Source: Spirochaetota bacterium (GTDB taxonomy: Bacteria; Spirochaetota; UBA4802; UBA5550). From it: a stretch of DNA of 64,000 nt. The notes beneath the pieces were generated by a model. The model was not told the origin of the DNA and did no database searches. It was given only the letters and a program-made list of their open reading frames with translations. A program made the translations under genes and the position numbers. Positions 9,243-20,403 of this stretch are shown here, piece after piece; position 1 is the first letter of the stretch; each line of letters starts with the position of its first letter. The stretch lies in contig CAXXHB010000003.1 in NCBI GenBank assembly GCA_963664815.2, positions 1,696,001 through 1,760,000 on the forward strand, read 5' to 3'.

Positions 9243-10319
9243 ATGGAGAGGAAGATAAAGGTGCTTGTTGTTGATGATTCGGCTGTTGTAAGAAAGGCAA
9301 TGACCGAAATACTTGAATCAGATCCTTCAATTGAAGTAATTGATACTGCTTCAGATCCATATATTGCCGTGGAGAAAATAAGAAAAGTGATCCCTGATGT
9401 TATAACACTTGATGTTGAGATGCCGAGAATGGATGGAGTAACATTTCTTCACCGGATTATGAGTCAGCATCCCATACCGGTGGTGATGTGCTCAAGTCTG
9501 ACTGAAGAGGGTGCCGAAACAACGCTCAGAGCACTTGATTATGGTGCGGTTGATATTATAACAAAACCTAAAATGGGAGTGCAGAAGTTTCTGGAGGAAT
9601 CACAGATAAGGATATGCGATTCTGTAAAAGCGGCGTCACAGGCAAAACTTAAAATACTTACTGCGGGGAAAAAGCATCATCGGACGACGGAAAAACTCAC
9701 AGCTGATGTAATTCTAGCACCGCCCACAGGCAAGTCAATGCTGAGAACAACGGAGAAGATTATTGTAGTAGGGGCATCAACTGGCGGTACAGAAGCATTG
9801 CGTATATTTCTTGAAAGTATGCCGCAGGATGCGCCCGGAATAGTTATAGTGCAGCATATGCCGGAGAATTTCACCAAGGCTTTCGCCAAACGCTTAGACG
9901 GTATATGCAGTATTGGAGTGAAGGAGGCAGAAGACGGAGATACAATAATCCGGGGTAGGGCGTTGATTGCTCCTGGTAATAAACATATGCTGATTAAAAG
10001 AAGCGGGGCGCGCTACTATGTGGAGATCAAAGATGGTCCGCTGGTGTCGCGCCACAGGCCGTCTGTTGATGTACTGTTCAGGTCGGCGGCTGAGTATGCT
10101 GGTGTAAATACGGTCGGTGTTATAATGACAGGAATGGGCGATGACGGCGCAAGGGGGATGCTAGAGATGAAACATGCCGGAGCATTTAACATAGCACAGG
10201 ATGAGAAAAGCTGTGTTGTATTCGGCATGCCTAATGAGGCCATTAAACTTGGTGCTGTTGATTCTGTGCTGCCGTTACTGTCTATAGCGGGGAGTGTACT
10301 TAAAGAGTGCTTGAAATAA
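9243..10319 (+). CDS. cheB: Chemotaxis methylesterase CheB (receiver + esterase)
   Basis: [11 protein letters not shown] receiver; [20 protein letters not shown] and MTGMGDDGA. Confidence 0.97.
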   Translation: MERKIKVLVVDDSAVVRKAMTEILESDPSIEVIDTASDPYIAVEKIRKVIPDVITLDVEMPRMDGVTFLHRIMSQHPIPVVMCSSLTEEGAETTLRALDYGAVDIITKPKMGVQKFLEESQIRICDSVKAASQAKLKILTAGKKHHRTTEKLTADVILAPPTGKSMLRTTEKIIVVGASTGGTEALRIFLESMPQDAPGIVIVQHMPENFTKAFAKRLDGICSIGVKEAEDGDTIIRGRALIAPGNKHMLIKRSGARYYVEIKDGPLVSRHRPSVDVLFRSAAEYAGVNTVGVIMTGMGDDGARGMLEMKHAGAFNIAQDEKSCVVFGMPNEAIKLGAVDSVLPLLSIAGSVLKECLK

Positions 10320-10337
10320 AAAAAATGGAGTGAAATT

Positions 10338-10880
10338 ATGGGTGAAACGATAAACTGTATAAGCCCGGATAATAATATCAATTATTCATATGGAACAAAC
10401 TCCGAGACAAAACAAGAAGGAACAGATAGTGTTAAGCTTTATTTTACATTTAAAATAAGGAATGATCTTTTCGGAATACCGGTAAATACAATAAGGGAGG
10501 TTTTGAAATATACAAAAGTATTCAGAACTCCGAGAGTACCTGGTTATATCAAGGGTGTTATAAATCTGCGTGGAGAGGTTGTACCCGTGATAAATCTTCC
10601 CTGCAGGTTTTATGATATGGAAAGCGGGATAACGGAGAATACATCAATAATAATAATTGAGATTACAGAAAATGATGAAAAAATACCAGTGGGGGTTATG
10701 ATCGATTCAGTAAGAGAGGTCACTGAACTTAGCGATGAAAGCATTGAATCTACTCCGGAGGTCGGTAACAGGATAAAGCCGGATTATATCGAAGGGATTG
10801 GAAAGGTTAATGGAGAGTTTGCTATTCTGCTTAAAATTGAAAAGGTTTTGAAGATAGATGAGCTTTCAGATTTTAACTGA
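10338..10880 (+). CDS. cheW: CheW coupling protein
   Basis: IREV...PRVPGYIKGVINLRGEVVPVINL...GVMIDSVREV. Confidence 0.95.
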   Translation: MGETINCISPDNNINYSYGTNSETKQEGTDSVKLYFTFKIRNDLFGIPVNTIREVLKYTKVFRTPRVPGYIKGVINLRGEVVPVINLPCRFYDMESGITENTSIIIIEITENDEKIPVGVMIDSVREVTELSDESIESTPEVGNRIKPDYIEGIGKVNGEFAILLKIEKVLKIDELSDFN

Positions 10881-11055
10881 CAGGAAGTTATAATATTTTG
10901 AAGTTGTCACATAATGTTTGAGTGGAGAGATATATTTATTTTTCAATAAACAGTTTGTGAAGTGAATTTTTATTTATTAGTGGAAGATAAAATATATAAG
11001 TTAAAACAATTATTGTGAGTGTAGGCATAAAGAATTATTAATAGGGAGGATTCTT

Positions 11056-11424
11056 ATGGCAAAGAAGGTTATGGTGATTGATGATTCAAATGCTATCAGA
11101 CAGTCACTTGTTTATACGTTAAAAAGCGCCGGTTATGATGCAATCGAAGCTTCTAACGGTGCTGTAGCGCTTGATCTTATGAAACAGTGTTCAATAGGCC
11201 TTTTTATTTCAGATGTGAATATGCCTGAGATGGACGGGATTACACTGTTAAGAAAAATCAAGGAGGATTCTTCTTATAAACATACGCCGGTTATCATGCT
11301 CACAACAGAGTCATCATCTGATATGATTGAGTCGGGGAAAAAAGCGGGTGCAAAAGCGTGGATTATAAAACCTTTCCAGCCGGAACAGCTTCTCGATGCT
11401 GTTAAAAAACTTTTTGTAAACTGA
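11056..11424 (+). CDS. cheY: CheY-like single-domain response regulator
   Basis: VMVIDDS...SDVNMPEMDG...MLTTES...WIIKPF; lies upstream of STAS-cheA. Confidence 0.92.
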   Translation: MAKKVMVIDDSNAIRQSLVYTLKSAGYDAIEASNGAVALDLMKQCSIGLFISDVNMPEMDGITLLRKIKEDSSYKHTPVIMLTTESSSDMIESGKKAGAKAWIIKPFQPEQLLDAVKKLFVN

Positions 11425-11450
11425 TTCATTTCAGAGATGGAGAAGCGGTT

Positions 11451-11744
11451 ATGAAACTGAGTATAGAAAAGAAGAAAAATGAAAACAATATAGTTTCAAT
11501 GATTATGAAAGGGGAACTGACAGTCTATACAGTTGTGAAGCTTAAGGATATTATCATTAAGGAACTTAACTCTTTTTCAGGGATGGTGTTGAATCTTGCC
11601 GGTATTGATGAGGCTGATTCTGCAGGATTCCAGTTTCTCATTTTTATAAAGCGTGAGGCAGAAAAATCAGGCAAGAGTCTGGTTATAGACAATGCAAGCG
11701 GAAGGATAAAATCAATTTTCTCTCTTTATAATGAGAATCTTTAA
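11451..11744 (+). CDS. STAS-domain protein
   Basis: GELTVYTV...LNLAGIDEADSAGFQFL motif; typical position between cheY and cheA. Confidence 0.85.
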   Translation: MKLSIEKKKNENNIVSMIMKGELTVYTVVKLKDIIIKELNSFSGMVLNLAGIDEADSAGFQFLIFIKREAEKSGKSLVIDNASGRIKSIFSLYNENL

Positions 11745-11758
11745 TCGGGGGTCTCGGG

Positions 11759-13930
11759 ATGTCTATCAGCAGCAGTGACAAAAATTTTAAGAAAGAATAT
11801 TTTACCGAGAGCAGGGAGCTGCTTGATGCAATGGAAATGTCACTTCTGGCTCTTGAGAAAAATAATAAAGATGAGGATTCAATAAATTCAATTTTCAGGA
11901 GCGTTCATACTATCAAGGGGAACTCCGGAATGTTCGGATATGAAAAGATCGGTGAGTTCACGCATCTCCTTGAAAATATACTTGTATGTGTCAGAAGTGG
12001 AAAACTTGACATGAACGGTGATCTGACTGTGATTTTTCTTGAATGCCATGATTTTATAATGAACATGATAGATTTTTTTGAGGATAATAATAATCAAAAG
12101 CTTGATGAAATGAATGAAAAGATTTTCAACGAAATTGCAGGAAGACTGAATTCTTATATTGAAATGCATGATTGTATTCCGGTTGCAGAGAGAGAAGAAT
12201 ATGTTCAGGAGATAACTTCCTGCGTTGATGATGACACGAAAGTCTGTAATGATTGCTGGCATATATCGCTCAGGTTTGGTGAGAGAGTTTTCCAGGACGG
12301 GCTTGATCCGTATTCGTTCATAAGATACCTTGCTGAAAAAGGTGATATAGAAAATATGAGAACTGTCTGTGACCGTATACCAGACGCAGATCATATGAAT
12401 CCGGAGATATGTTATCTTGGTTTTGAAATTGATTTTAAAAGTTCCATAACTAAAAGCGAAATAGAGAATGTTTTCGAATTCGTCAGAGAAGACTGCGAGA
12501 TAAGAATCCTTCCGCCGTTTACAAGCATCTCGGAGTATGTGAAGCTGATAGAAGCCCTGCCGGAAACAAATATGCGGATCGGTGAAATGCTGAAAGAGAT
12601 CGGGTCACTTACCTCGTCTGAACTTGTTCTGGCACTTCAGCTGCAGAGTCTTAACAGCAGTGATTCATTTGATGAAACTGATAAACAGTTTGTAGGGAAA
12701 ATACTTGTAAATGAGAAAATGATTCAGAAGCCGGTACTCGAAGCAGCACTTGAAAAACAGCAGACGGTAAGAAGGAGGGAGGAGAGTGACCGCAAAACAA
12801 TCCGTGTTGAAGCCGGAAAGCTTGATAAACTGATTAACCTGATTGGTGAACTTGTGATAACCGGATCAAACGTAAAGCAGATATCTGAATCGGATGAAAA
12901 AGCCGGTCTCGTAAAAGCTGTCAATGATATGTCGAAGCTTATCGAAGAAATACGCGGAAGTTCAATGGGGATCAGGATGGTACAGATAGGTGAAACTTTC
13001 AGCAGGTTTGAGCGTGTTGTAAGGGATTTGAGCAGGGAGAGGGGCAAAAGAATAAACTTTGTTATTATGGGCGGAGATACTGAACTTGATAAAACTCTGA
13101 TAGATAAATTGTCAGATCCTCTTATACACCTTGTAAGGAACTCTGTTGATCATGGAATAGGGACTCCGGAGGAGAGAACTGCAAACGGAAAATCTGCTGT
13201 CGGTACACTTACACTGAACGCATATCATGAAACCGGGAGTATCGTAATAGAAGTGAAAGATGACGGACACGGGCTGGATAAAGAGAAGATACTTGGAAAG
13301 GCTATTGAACTGGGACTTGCCAAACCTGACCAGGTATATCAGGATTTTGAAATACACCAGTTCATATTTCAGCCCGGATTCTCAACGGCGGCTGAGGTTA
13401 CGAATATTTCCGGCCGCGGCGTTGGTATGGATGTTGTAAAAAGAAATATTGAGTCTCTGCGTGGTAATGTGATGATAGAAAGTGAGACCGGTATGGGTAC
13501 AACAATACGAATACATCTCCCGCTTACACTGGCAATCATAGATGGTTTTATGGTAAGGATTGCCGATTCTTATTATGTTCTGCCGCTGGATATGGTAACT
13601 GAATGTACAGAGGTACATAAAGACGAACTGGAATCAAGAGAGGGGGGTAATTACATAAACCTGCGTGGAGATGTTCTACCTTTTATGAAAATGCGTGAAT
13701 TTTTCATGGAGACAGGTGAAGAACCTGTAAAACATAAGGTTGTAGTTGTAGAACATGCGAGAAGGAGAGTGGGACTCATTGTGGATGAACTTGTCGGTGA
13801 ATTCCAGACGGTTATAAAACCGATGGGAAAAATATTCAGTAGTCTGCAGTGGGCAAGCGGATCAACGATACTTGGTACCGGAGAGGTAGCTTATATTCTT
13901 GATATACCGAAACTTATACAGACGGAATAA
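11759..13930 (+). CDS. cheA: Chemotaxis histidine kinase CheA
   Basis: Hpt IFRSVHTIKGNS; dimerisation domain KLDKLINLIGELVI; HLVRNSVDHG; GFSTA...SGRGVGMDVV; C-terminal CheW-like domain. Confidence 0.97.
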   Translation: MSISSSDKNFKKEYFTESRELLDAMEMSLLALEKNNKDEDSINSIFRSVHTIKGNSGMFGYEKIGEFTHLLENILVCVRSGKLDMNGDLTVIFLECHDFIMNMIDFFEDNNNQKLDEMNEKIFNEIAGRLNSYIEMHDCIPVAEREEYVQEITSCVDDDTKVCNDCWHISLRFGERVFQDGLDPYSFIRYLAEKGDIENMRTVCDRIPDADHMNPEICYLGFEIDFKSSITKSEIENVFEFVREDCEIRILPPFTSISEYVKLIEALPETNMRIGEMLKEIGSLTSSELVLALQLQSLNSSDSFDETDKQFVGKILVNEKMIQKPVLEAALEKQQTVRRREESDRKTIRVEAGKLDKLINLIGELVITGSNVKQISESDEKAGLVKAVNDMSKLIEEIRGSSMGIRMVQIGETFSRFERVVRDLSRERGKRINFVIMGGDTELDKTLIDKLSDPLIHLVRNSVDHGIGTPEERTANGKSAVGTLTLNAYHETGSIVIEVKDDGHGLDKEKILGKAIELGLAKPDQVYQDFEIHQFIFQPGFSTAAEVTNISGRGVGMDVVKRNIESLRGNVMIESETGMGTTIRIHLPLTLAIIDGFMVRIADSYYVLPLDMVTECTEVHKDELESREGGNYINLRGDVLPFMKMREFFMETGEEPVKHKVVVVEHARRRVGLIVDELVGEFQTVIKPMGKIFSSLQWASGSTILGTGEVAYILDIPKLIQTE

Positions 13931-13960
13931 GTTTCTTTTTTTAAATTATGCAGAGGATTT

Positions 13961-15979
13961 ATGCAGAAAGATTCTTCGGGAAATATACTTCTGGTTGAAG
14001 ATGATGATTTTATTTCAATAGCAGAAACAGTCTTTCTCAAATCTAAGGGATATGGGGTAATAACTGCTTCAGATGGAGATAAAGCTCTTAAAATTATCCG
14101 TGAAAATGACAGCATATACCTTGTGCTTATGGATATTGAACTCGGAGAGGGGATGTCCGGCGTGGAAACAGCACGTAGAATTCTTGAAATAAAAGAGATA
14201 CCTGTGGTATTTCTGACATCTTACTCAAACAGGGAGATAGTGGAACAGGTAAACAGCGTTACTAGGTATGGTTATGTTACAAAGAATGTCGGTGATTATG
14301 TACTTATTTCAACAATAGAGATGGCTCTAAAATTGTTTAATACAAACAGGGAACTGAAGGAGAGTGAGGAAAAGTTCAGGAATTTAACTGAGGTTTCACC
14401 GAGCGCCATACTGATTCACCAGAATAATCATTTTGTATACAGCAACCCTGCCGGAGAGTATATTTCCGGTTATAGTGTGAATGAACTGTGCAGCATGAGA
14501 TACTGGGATATTGTAGCTCCGGAATTTCGTGATGATGTCATGGATAGGGCTAAAATGGTAATGGATGATGACAGTTATTCCAGCCTGTATGAAATCAGAA
14601 TAATCACCCGGGATGGTCGTGAAAAATGGGTATCAATGCGGGGAAGGAACATAAATTACCGCGGGAATCCGGCAAGGATGATTACCGTTATGGACAATAC
14701 TGAAATTAAACTTTCCGAGATTAAACTGAAAAAGAACCATGAAATACTTGAAGCTGCTTTAAGGAGATCAGAAGAACTGGCTTGTCGTGCTGAATCGGCC
14801 AACATGGCAAAAAGCCGTTTTCTTGCCAATATGAGTCATGAAATAAGAACTCCAATGAATGGAGTAATAGGAATGCTTGATATTCTTGTTAACACTGTAC
14901 TCGATGAAGAACAGGCAAAATATATAGATATAGCCCGTAAAAGCGGGGATTATCTGCTAAAACTTATTAATGATATTCTTGATCTGGAAAAGATAGAGTC
15001 GGATAAGTTCACACTAAATGAAAAAATTTTCAATCTTGAAGAGGTGGTACAGAGTGTTGTATTACTTTTAAAACCGAAAGCGGATAAAAAGAATATAAAG
15101 CTGGAATATATAATGGAAGGGGATATTCCGCATGTTCTTAAAGGTGATTATGAACGGCTTAGACAGGTGCTTATAAACATTACGGATAACGGTATAAAAT
15201 TTACTGAAGAGGGAGAGGTGCTGATAAAGATTTCTCCGGAAAAGAGAAACGGGAAAAATATATCAGTTTTATTCACTGTAAGCGATACCGGCTCAGGAAT
15301 ACCATCTGGCTTTACGAAAGAGATATTTACTCCGTTTACTCAGGCTGAAAACGGGTATAACCGCATGCATGGCGGAACGGGTCTCGGTCTTGTAATATCA
15401 AAGGAAATTGTAAGCAGAATGGGTGGAAATTTAAGTTTTGAGAGCTACTATGGCCAGGGAACAATATTCAGGTTCAATGCTCTTTTCAACGCTGATAATC
15501 TGAAACATATCAATAAAAATAAAATTAACAGGCCGGAAAATGGAAATAGTATTTTAAAAGGTAATTTCAGGTTTCTGATTGTCGAAGATAACAGGATAAA
15601 CAGTATAGTAACAGGTGAGATGCTCAGAAAGCTGGGTTTCAGGTACGATTTATCTGAAAATGGTTTCCAGTGTATTGAAAAACTGAAAAAAATCCATTAT
15701 GACATGGTATTTATGGATTGCCAGATGCCCGGAATTGATGGTTTTGAAACAACCAGGAAAATACGCATTGGTGATTCCGGAGTAAAAAACAGAGAAATAG
15801 TAATTGTTGCCCTTACAGCCCATGCAATGGAAGGGGACAGGGAGAGGTGTATAGAATCGGGAATGAACGATTATATTTCTAAACCTGTTAAACTGTCAGA
15901 TATAAGTATGACCATAGGGAAATGGCTTCAACCTTACAGAGATATACAGGTACTATATAAAAAAAAAAATAATTCTTAA
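13961..15979 (+). CDS. Soluble hybrid histidine kinase (REC-PAS-HisKA-HATPase-REC)
   Basis: [43 protein letters not shown]; C-terminal [10 protein letters not shown] receiver. Confidence 0.95.
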   Translation: MQKDSSGNILLVEDDDFISIAETVFLKSKGYGVITASDGDKALKIIRENDSIYLVLMDIELGEGMSGVETARRILEIKEIPVVFLTSYSNREIVEQVNSVTRYGYVTKNVGDYVLISTIEMALKLFNTNRELKESEEKFRNLTEVSPSAILIHQNNHFVYSNPAGEYISGYSVNELCSMRYWDIVAPEFRDDVMDRAKMVMDDDSYSSLYEIRIITRDGREKWVSMRGRNINYRGNPARMITVMDNTEIKLSEIKLKKNHEILEAALRRSEELACRAESANMAKSRFLANMSHEIRTPMNGVIGMLDILVNTVLDEEQAKYIDIARKSGDYLLKLINDILDLEKIESDKFTLNEKIFNLEEVVQSVVLLLKPKADKKNIKLEYIMEGDIPHVLKGDYERLRQVLINITDNGIKFTEEGEVLIKISPEKRNGKNISVLFTVSDTGSGIPSGFTKEIFTPFTQAENGYNRMHGGTGLGLVISKEIVSRMGGNLSFESYYGQGTIFRFNALFNADNLKHINKNKINRPENGNSILKGNFRFLIVEDNRINSIVTGEMLRKLGFRYDLSENGFQCIEKLKKIHYDMVFMDCQMPGIDGFETTRKIRIGDSGVKNREIVIVALTAHAMEGDRERCIESGMNDYISKPVKLSDISMTIGKWLQPYRDIQVLYKKKNNS

Positions 15980-16044
15980 GGGTTGGTATATTTATAAGGT
16001 AGTAGTAATTTAGTTTTACTCTGATATTCTTTACGGAGAAAAAT

Positions 16045-17811
16045 ATGCCTGACGAAAAAAAAACAATACTTATTGTTGAGGATGATGTAATTACATCATT
16101 AGCCGAGAAGATAATGCTTGAGACTAACGGATATATAGTGCTTACAGCCTCAAACGGCAGAAAAGCTGTTGATACCGCCATAAGATCACATGTGGATCTT
16201 GTACTTATGGATATTGAGTTAGGCGGTAATATGGATGGACATAGCGCAGCCAAAAAGATACTTGAGAAAAAAAATATTCCTATAGTATTTCTTACTGCCC
16301 ATATAGAGAAGGAGATGGTTGAAAAAGTCAGAAGTATAACAAGGTACGGTTATGCCCTTAAAAACTCAGGAGATTATGTGCTTTTATCATCAATTGAAAT
16401 GGTGTTGGAACTGTTTGAAGCTCATGAAAAGACAAGAATCAGCGAGGAGAACTTCAGGAGGCTTGTAGAGGACATAAACGATATAATTTTTTCTATTGAT
16501 GGTAACGGTTTTCTGACATACATAAGTCCAAGAGTGGAAGCTGTCAGTGGCTATAGGGTGGAAGAGGTTATAAATCATCATTTCAGTGATTTTACTTATG
16601 GGAATGATATAAAAAAAGTAAAAAAACTCATTTCAACTTTCGGAGAGGAGCGGGAATATAAAAGTGAATTCAGAAAGATCAGGAAAAATGGTGAAATAGC
16701 ATGGATCAGCGCATCTCTTCGCCCAATTTTTACAGATGGGGTTTTCGCAGGCGCAACAGGAATACTCTCGGATATCACAGAAAGGAAAAAAAGCGAAGAG
16801 AAGGTCAAACACCTCCTTGCTGAAAAGGGTGATCTCTTAAATGAAATAAACTGTCTATACAAAATATCCCGTATTGCTGAGGAAAACACTGCTTCAGAAG
16901 ATGCTGTTATTGCAGAGTCTATCATGGAAATACCCAGTGGGTTTAATAAAGCGGATAAAATAACAGTACGGATAAATTGTGATGGTCGGATATTTTTTTC
17001 CGGGAAATCAATTCTCTTTTCCGATTCGGTAAAAAAGAATATAATAGTTAACGGCGGGGTTCATGGCAATATTGAGGCCTTTTATAGTGATGGTCATTCG
17101 TTTACAGAAAGAGAGAAGTTATTTCTTGAAACTGTAGCTGAGAGATTGGGCAGAGTAATAGAACTGATTATTGCAAAGAATGAGCTGAGAGAGCTTGAAA
17201 AAGAAATTATAAGCATAAGTGAGGATGAACGTCAGAAGATTGGACGCGAAATACATGACAGCCTGGGGCAGATACTGACAGGAATAAGCTTTCTGCTTAA
17301 GACAGTCAGTAACAGTAACAATAATGGTCTTATACCTTCAGAAAAGATAGAAGAGATATCAAATCTTGTTTATGACGCAACTATGATCTGCCGGAAAATT
17401 ACAAAGGGGCTTCCTATGAAGAGTATAGGTCATGATAACCTTGTAATAGCAATTGACCAGCTTGCAATTAATATGAGGAATATTTACCAGCTTAATTGTG
17501 AGTTTGCATGTAAAGGCGAAGTAAAGCTGAAAGATGATTTTACATCGTCACAGCTTTATTATATAGCACAGGAGGCAGTTAACAATGCAGCCAAACATAG
17601 CAGCGCAGGGAATATAAAAATCCGCATAACTAAGGAAGATGATGTTATCAAACTTACGGTTCATGATGATGGTAAAGGCAGAGTCGAAAATGATTCGGGT
17701 GGGATCGGACTGAGTATAATGAAATATCGTTCTGATCTTATAGGCGGAACTTTCCGTGCTGAAAATCACTTTGACAGGGGATTTTTTGTATCAGTGGATG
17801 TCCCGTTGTAA
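16045..17811 (+). CDS. Soluble histidine kinase (REC-PAS-GAF-like-HisKA_3-HATPase)
   Basis: N-terminal receiver; PAS domain; ERQKIGREIHDSLGQIL; QEAVNNAAKHS; DDGKG; GIGL. Confidence 0.93.
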   Translation: MPDEKKTILIVEDDVITSLAEKIMLETNGYIVLTASNGRKAVDTAIRSHVDLVLMDIELGGNMDGHSAAKKILEKKNIPIVFLTAHIEKEMVEKVRSITRYGYALKNSGDYVLLSSIEMVLELFEAHEKTRISEENFRRLVEDINDIIFSIDGNGFLTYISPRVEAVSGYRVEEVINHHFSDFTYGNDIKKVKKLISTFGEEREYKSEFRKIRKNGEIAWISASLRPIFTDGVFAGATGILSDITERKKSEEKVKHLLAEKGDLLNEINCLYKISRIAEENTASEDAVIAESIMEIPSGFNKADKITVRINCDGRIFFSGKSILFSDSVKKNIIVNGGVHGNIEAFYSDGHSFTEREKLFLETVAERLGRVIELIIAKNELRELEKEIISISEDERQKIGREIHDSLGQILTGISFLLKTVSNSNNNGLIPSEKIEEISNLVYDATMICRKITKGLPMKSIGHDNLVIAIDQLAINMRNIYQLNCEFACKGEVKLKDDFTSSQLYYIAQEAVNNAAKHSSAGNIKIRITKEDDVIKLTVHDDGKGRVENDSGGIGLSIMKYRSDLIGGTFRAENHFDRGFFVSVDVPL

Positions 17812-17849
17812 AGATTTTAAGATTTATATTCAATGAAAAGGTATACCTG

Positions 17850-18503
17850 TTGAAAATAGTTATAGTTGATGATCACCCGGTAGTCAGAAAAGGATTAAAG
17901 ACAATTCTTGAAGAGAGCGGGTATACGGTTTGCGGCGAGGCAGAGGATGGCAATGGTGCGATTAAGATAGTCGTCGAGACTGAACCTGATCTTATTATAG
18001 TAGACATTGAGCTAAAGGGTAATGTAAACGGCATTGAACTTATTTCAGCTATCAAAAGCAGATTCAGCAGAGTGGTGATACTTGTTATGTCAATGGATGA
18101 CGGCACACTATATGCCGAGAGAGCTATACAGGCCGGGGCTAAAGGTTATCTTACAAAGGCTGAGGCTTCAGAAAATATTATTAATGCAATAGAAACAGTG
18201 ATGAGAGGTAAGCTATATCTCAGCAGGTCTATCTCCGAGAAAATTGCCGGCAAACATATACTTGGTTCAGTCGATGAGAATGAGGTAAACGTCTCGCTTT
18301 TAAGCCCAAAGGAGTTTGAAATATTCAGTCTCCTTGGAAAAGGGTACAAGCGAAATGAGATTAGCAGGCAGCTGAATATGAATATCAATACTATTGAAAG
18401 CCACAGAAGAAATATCAGAGACAAGTTTAATCTGAAGAATTCTTCAGAGATTACCAGAGCTGCCGTTAACTGGGTTATAAGAGAAAGAGGCTTAATCATT
18501 TAG
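17850..18503 (+). CDS. NarL/FixJ-family response regulator, probable partner of the HisKA_3 kinase
   Basis: IVIVDDHPVVRKGL receiver; LSPKEFEIF LuxR HTH; close paralogue of 3680-4360; TTG start. Confidence 0.92.
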   Translation: MKIVIVDDHPVVRKGLKTILEESGYTVCGEAEDGNGAIKIVVETEPDLIIVDIELKGNVNGIELISAIKSRFSRVVILVMSMDDGTLYAERAIQAGAKGYLTKAEASENIINAIETVMRGKLYLSRSISEKIAGKHILGSVDENEVNVSLLSPKEFEIFSLLGKGYKRNEISRQLNMNINTIESHRRNIRDKFNLKNSSEITRAAVNWVIRERGLII

Positions 18504-18810
18504 CTGTTTCTGTTGTGGATTGTTGTAAGAATTCTGAATTATTTTTCTCTTCTTCAATTCCAAACATCAGAACAATTCTTTTATCACAACCGACAAGAAT
18601 CGGTTTCATACTTACAATAAGTTCATCACTTTTCCGGTATGCTTCGCGTAAAATAAGTTCAAAACCTGTAAGTTCATCATCATTTACCCGGTTCATATTT
18701 TTTAACCCGTTAACAGCAAATTTTAAGGCCTGGAATGCTGACATTATATCATATAATTTATATTCCACACCCTCGGTATTGAATGCAAAAATTTCCATAG
18801 CAGTCTCCAT
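18496..18810 (-). CDS. Small hypothetical protein divergent from an XRE regulator
   Basis: 104-aa ORF with ATG and a TTGACG promoter upstream on the minus strand; no recognisable motif. Confidence 0.5.
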   Translation of the reverse strand: METAMEIFAFNTEGVEYKLYDIMSAFQALKFAVNGLKNMNRVNDDELTGFELILREAYRKSDELIVSMKPILVGCDKRIVLMFGIEEEKNNSEFLQQSTTETAK

Positions 18811-18891
18811 AAAATATTAATGTTGCAATTAATAATGCTCTTTAATAGATATGTGATATAATAAGGATTAAAAAACATTTTTAATAAAAAG

Positions 18892-18921
18892 TATAATGAT
18901 TAAGTATACTTAATACGTCAA
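18892..18921. promoter_or_regulatory. Divergent promoter region with perfect 16-bp palindrome (candidate XRE operator)
   Basis: ATTAAGTATACTTAAT at 18899-18914 lies in the spacer of a minus-strand TTGACG-N17-CATTAT and just downstream of a plus-strand TATAAT (18892-18897). Confidence 0.55.
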
Positions 18922-18946
18922 TTATAAATTAAGTAAAATAAATCAT

Positions 18947-19465
18947 TTGCGGAGAAAAGTGCGTGATCGTTTAAAAAAATTAATCCCTGTTTCCGGGTTG
19001 AATCAGAAAGAATTTTCTGCTCGAATTGGTGTTTCTTCATCAGCCCTTACACAGTTTATTAAAGGACAATCAAAAGGTCTTAATTCAGAAACATTGATTT
19101 CGATAATAAATGAATTTGATGTAAATCCATCATGGCTCCTTACCGGAGTTGGAGAGATGTTTAATAAATATTCTCATGTGATTGATGCTGACACTGAAAA
19201 GGTCGGGGAACTGAAAAATAAAAGCTGGAGTAGTCAATCATTATACGATATAAAAGACTTTGAACAGATTTCTAATACAAAATGGTATATGAATCTGTTG
19301 AAAGAGCAGAGAGATCTTATAACTGGTCTCTGCGCTATTAAGGATCCCGATATTTTAAGAAAGTTATCTGAGATAATAAATAGAAGAGTGGTATATGACG
19401 AGACGGAAGAAAAACTTATTAGGGAGCTAAAAGATCTTGAAGACAATATTCATTCGGGGGGTTAA
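18947..19465 (+). CDS. XRE/Cro-CI-family HTH repressor-like protein
   Basis: RLKKL...GLNQKEFSARIGVSSSALTQFIKG...FDVNPSWLLTGVGEMF; no S24 peptidase motif recognised. Confidence 0.85.
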   Translation: MRRKVRDRLKKLIPVSGLNQKEFSARIGVSSSALTQFIKGQSKGLNSETLISIINEFDVNPSWLLTGVGEMFNKYSHVIDADTEKVGELKNKSWSSQSLYDIKDFEQISNTKWYMNLLKEQRDLITGLCAIKDPDILRKLSEIINRRVVYDETEEKLIRELKDLEDNIHSGG

Positions 19466-19545
19466 AAGTATAAATGTTGTTTTAAGGTATCGGCATTTCA
19501 TTCTGACTGAGACTTATCAGGTAATATTTAAAGCAGATTACATTA

Positions 19546-19935
19546 TTATTCACCAAATAGTGCTGTGTATTCAGGCAGGTGCCTGAGATTCTCTTCATCT
19601 TTTGCAAGCGCCATTTTTAAAACGGCAAGAAATATCTTTTTTACTTCAATTCTTGTTACAACATCCATTTTCGCGTTAAGAAGCTTAAGCATGGCTGCAT
19701 CATCCGGTTCGATGAAATTCGGGAGTATATGTTTAATCTGTCCGAAATCGTCTAAAAAAAATTCCCACAGGTTGGTGTTAAAGAACTTACTTATTTTAAT
19801 TATCCCCTCAAGTGATGGGTAGTCGGTCCTTTCCCATGAGGATATAGTTGTCGACGGGATATCAAGTTTTTCGGCAAGCTCTCTCTGGCTATATCCATAA
19901 TGTTCCCGTAATTTTCTTAATTTATCACCATACAT
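19546..19935 (-). CDS. XRE-family HTH transcriptional regulator
   Basis: GDKLRKLREHYGYSQRELAEKLDIPSTTISSWE...PSLEGIIKISKFF. Confidence 0.9.
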   Translation of the reverse strand: MYGDKLRKLREHYGYSQRELAEKLDIPSTTISSWERTDYPSLEGIIKISKFFNTNLWEFFLDDFGQIKHILPNFIEPDDAAMLKLLNAKMDVVTRIEVKKIFLAVLKMALAKDEENLRHLPEYTALFGE

Positions 19936-20055
19936 AATATTTGATATAGAATGATGCGCAAAAAAAGAAAGTTAATTTGCAAAAACGAGCAAAAAATTGT
20001 TGACGAAATGAGCAATATTATAGTATAAAATATTGTAGGTGAGCATTAAAATGCT

Positions 20056-20403
20056 ATGAAAACTTCAACCAATATAGCATCAGTTCTTAATACAATACAT
20101 TTTGAAACCGGTTCTCCGGATGCAACAGAAATTTCAAAACTACTCCGTGAAAAGGGACTAACGCCTTATATATTTATCAGAATGGGATTTAAATACCTCG
20201 TTCATGGGAATTACAGCAAAGCACAGAGGTATATAAATTATGCCATGGAGTTCAGGGGAGAATTTTTCAAGGCCGATACACCTGAGGATCGGGAGTATTG
20301 TGTCGAGATGCAGCTATTAAGCGCTGCATGTATATTTCTTACGCAGAAGTTTAAAAAGCTTCCGCCGGAAGTTGATCCCGAAGGGATAGAGTGGAGGAGG
20401 TGA
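20056..20403 (+). CDS. Hypothetical protein (paralogue of 20497-20841)
   Basis: ATG start downstream of a TTGACG...TATAAA promoter; shares L..KGL(T/S)PYI(F/Y)...L..G....A with the next ORF. Confidence 0.6.
   Translation: MKTSTNIASVLNTIHFETGSPDATEISKLLREKGLTPYIFIRMGFKYLVHGNYSKAQRYINYAMEFRGEFFKADTPEDREYCVEMQLLSAACIFLTQKFKKLPPEVDPEGIEWRR

Noticed and set aside
15959-15969. Poly-A run at the 3' end of the hybrid kinase as a phase-variation site
   Set aside because: It lies after the last domain, so slippage would alter only a few terminal residues.
18515-18820. Plus-strand 101-aa ORF opposite 18496-18810
   Set aside because: Ser/Phe-rich shadow composition; the minus-strand ORF has an ATG, a promoter and more protein-like composition.
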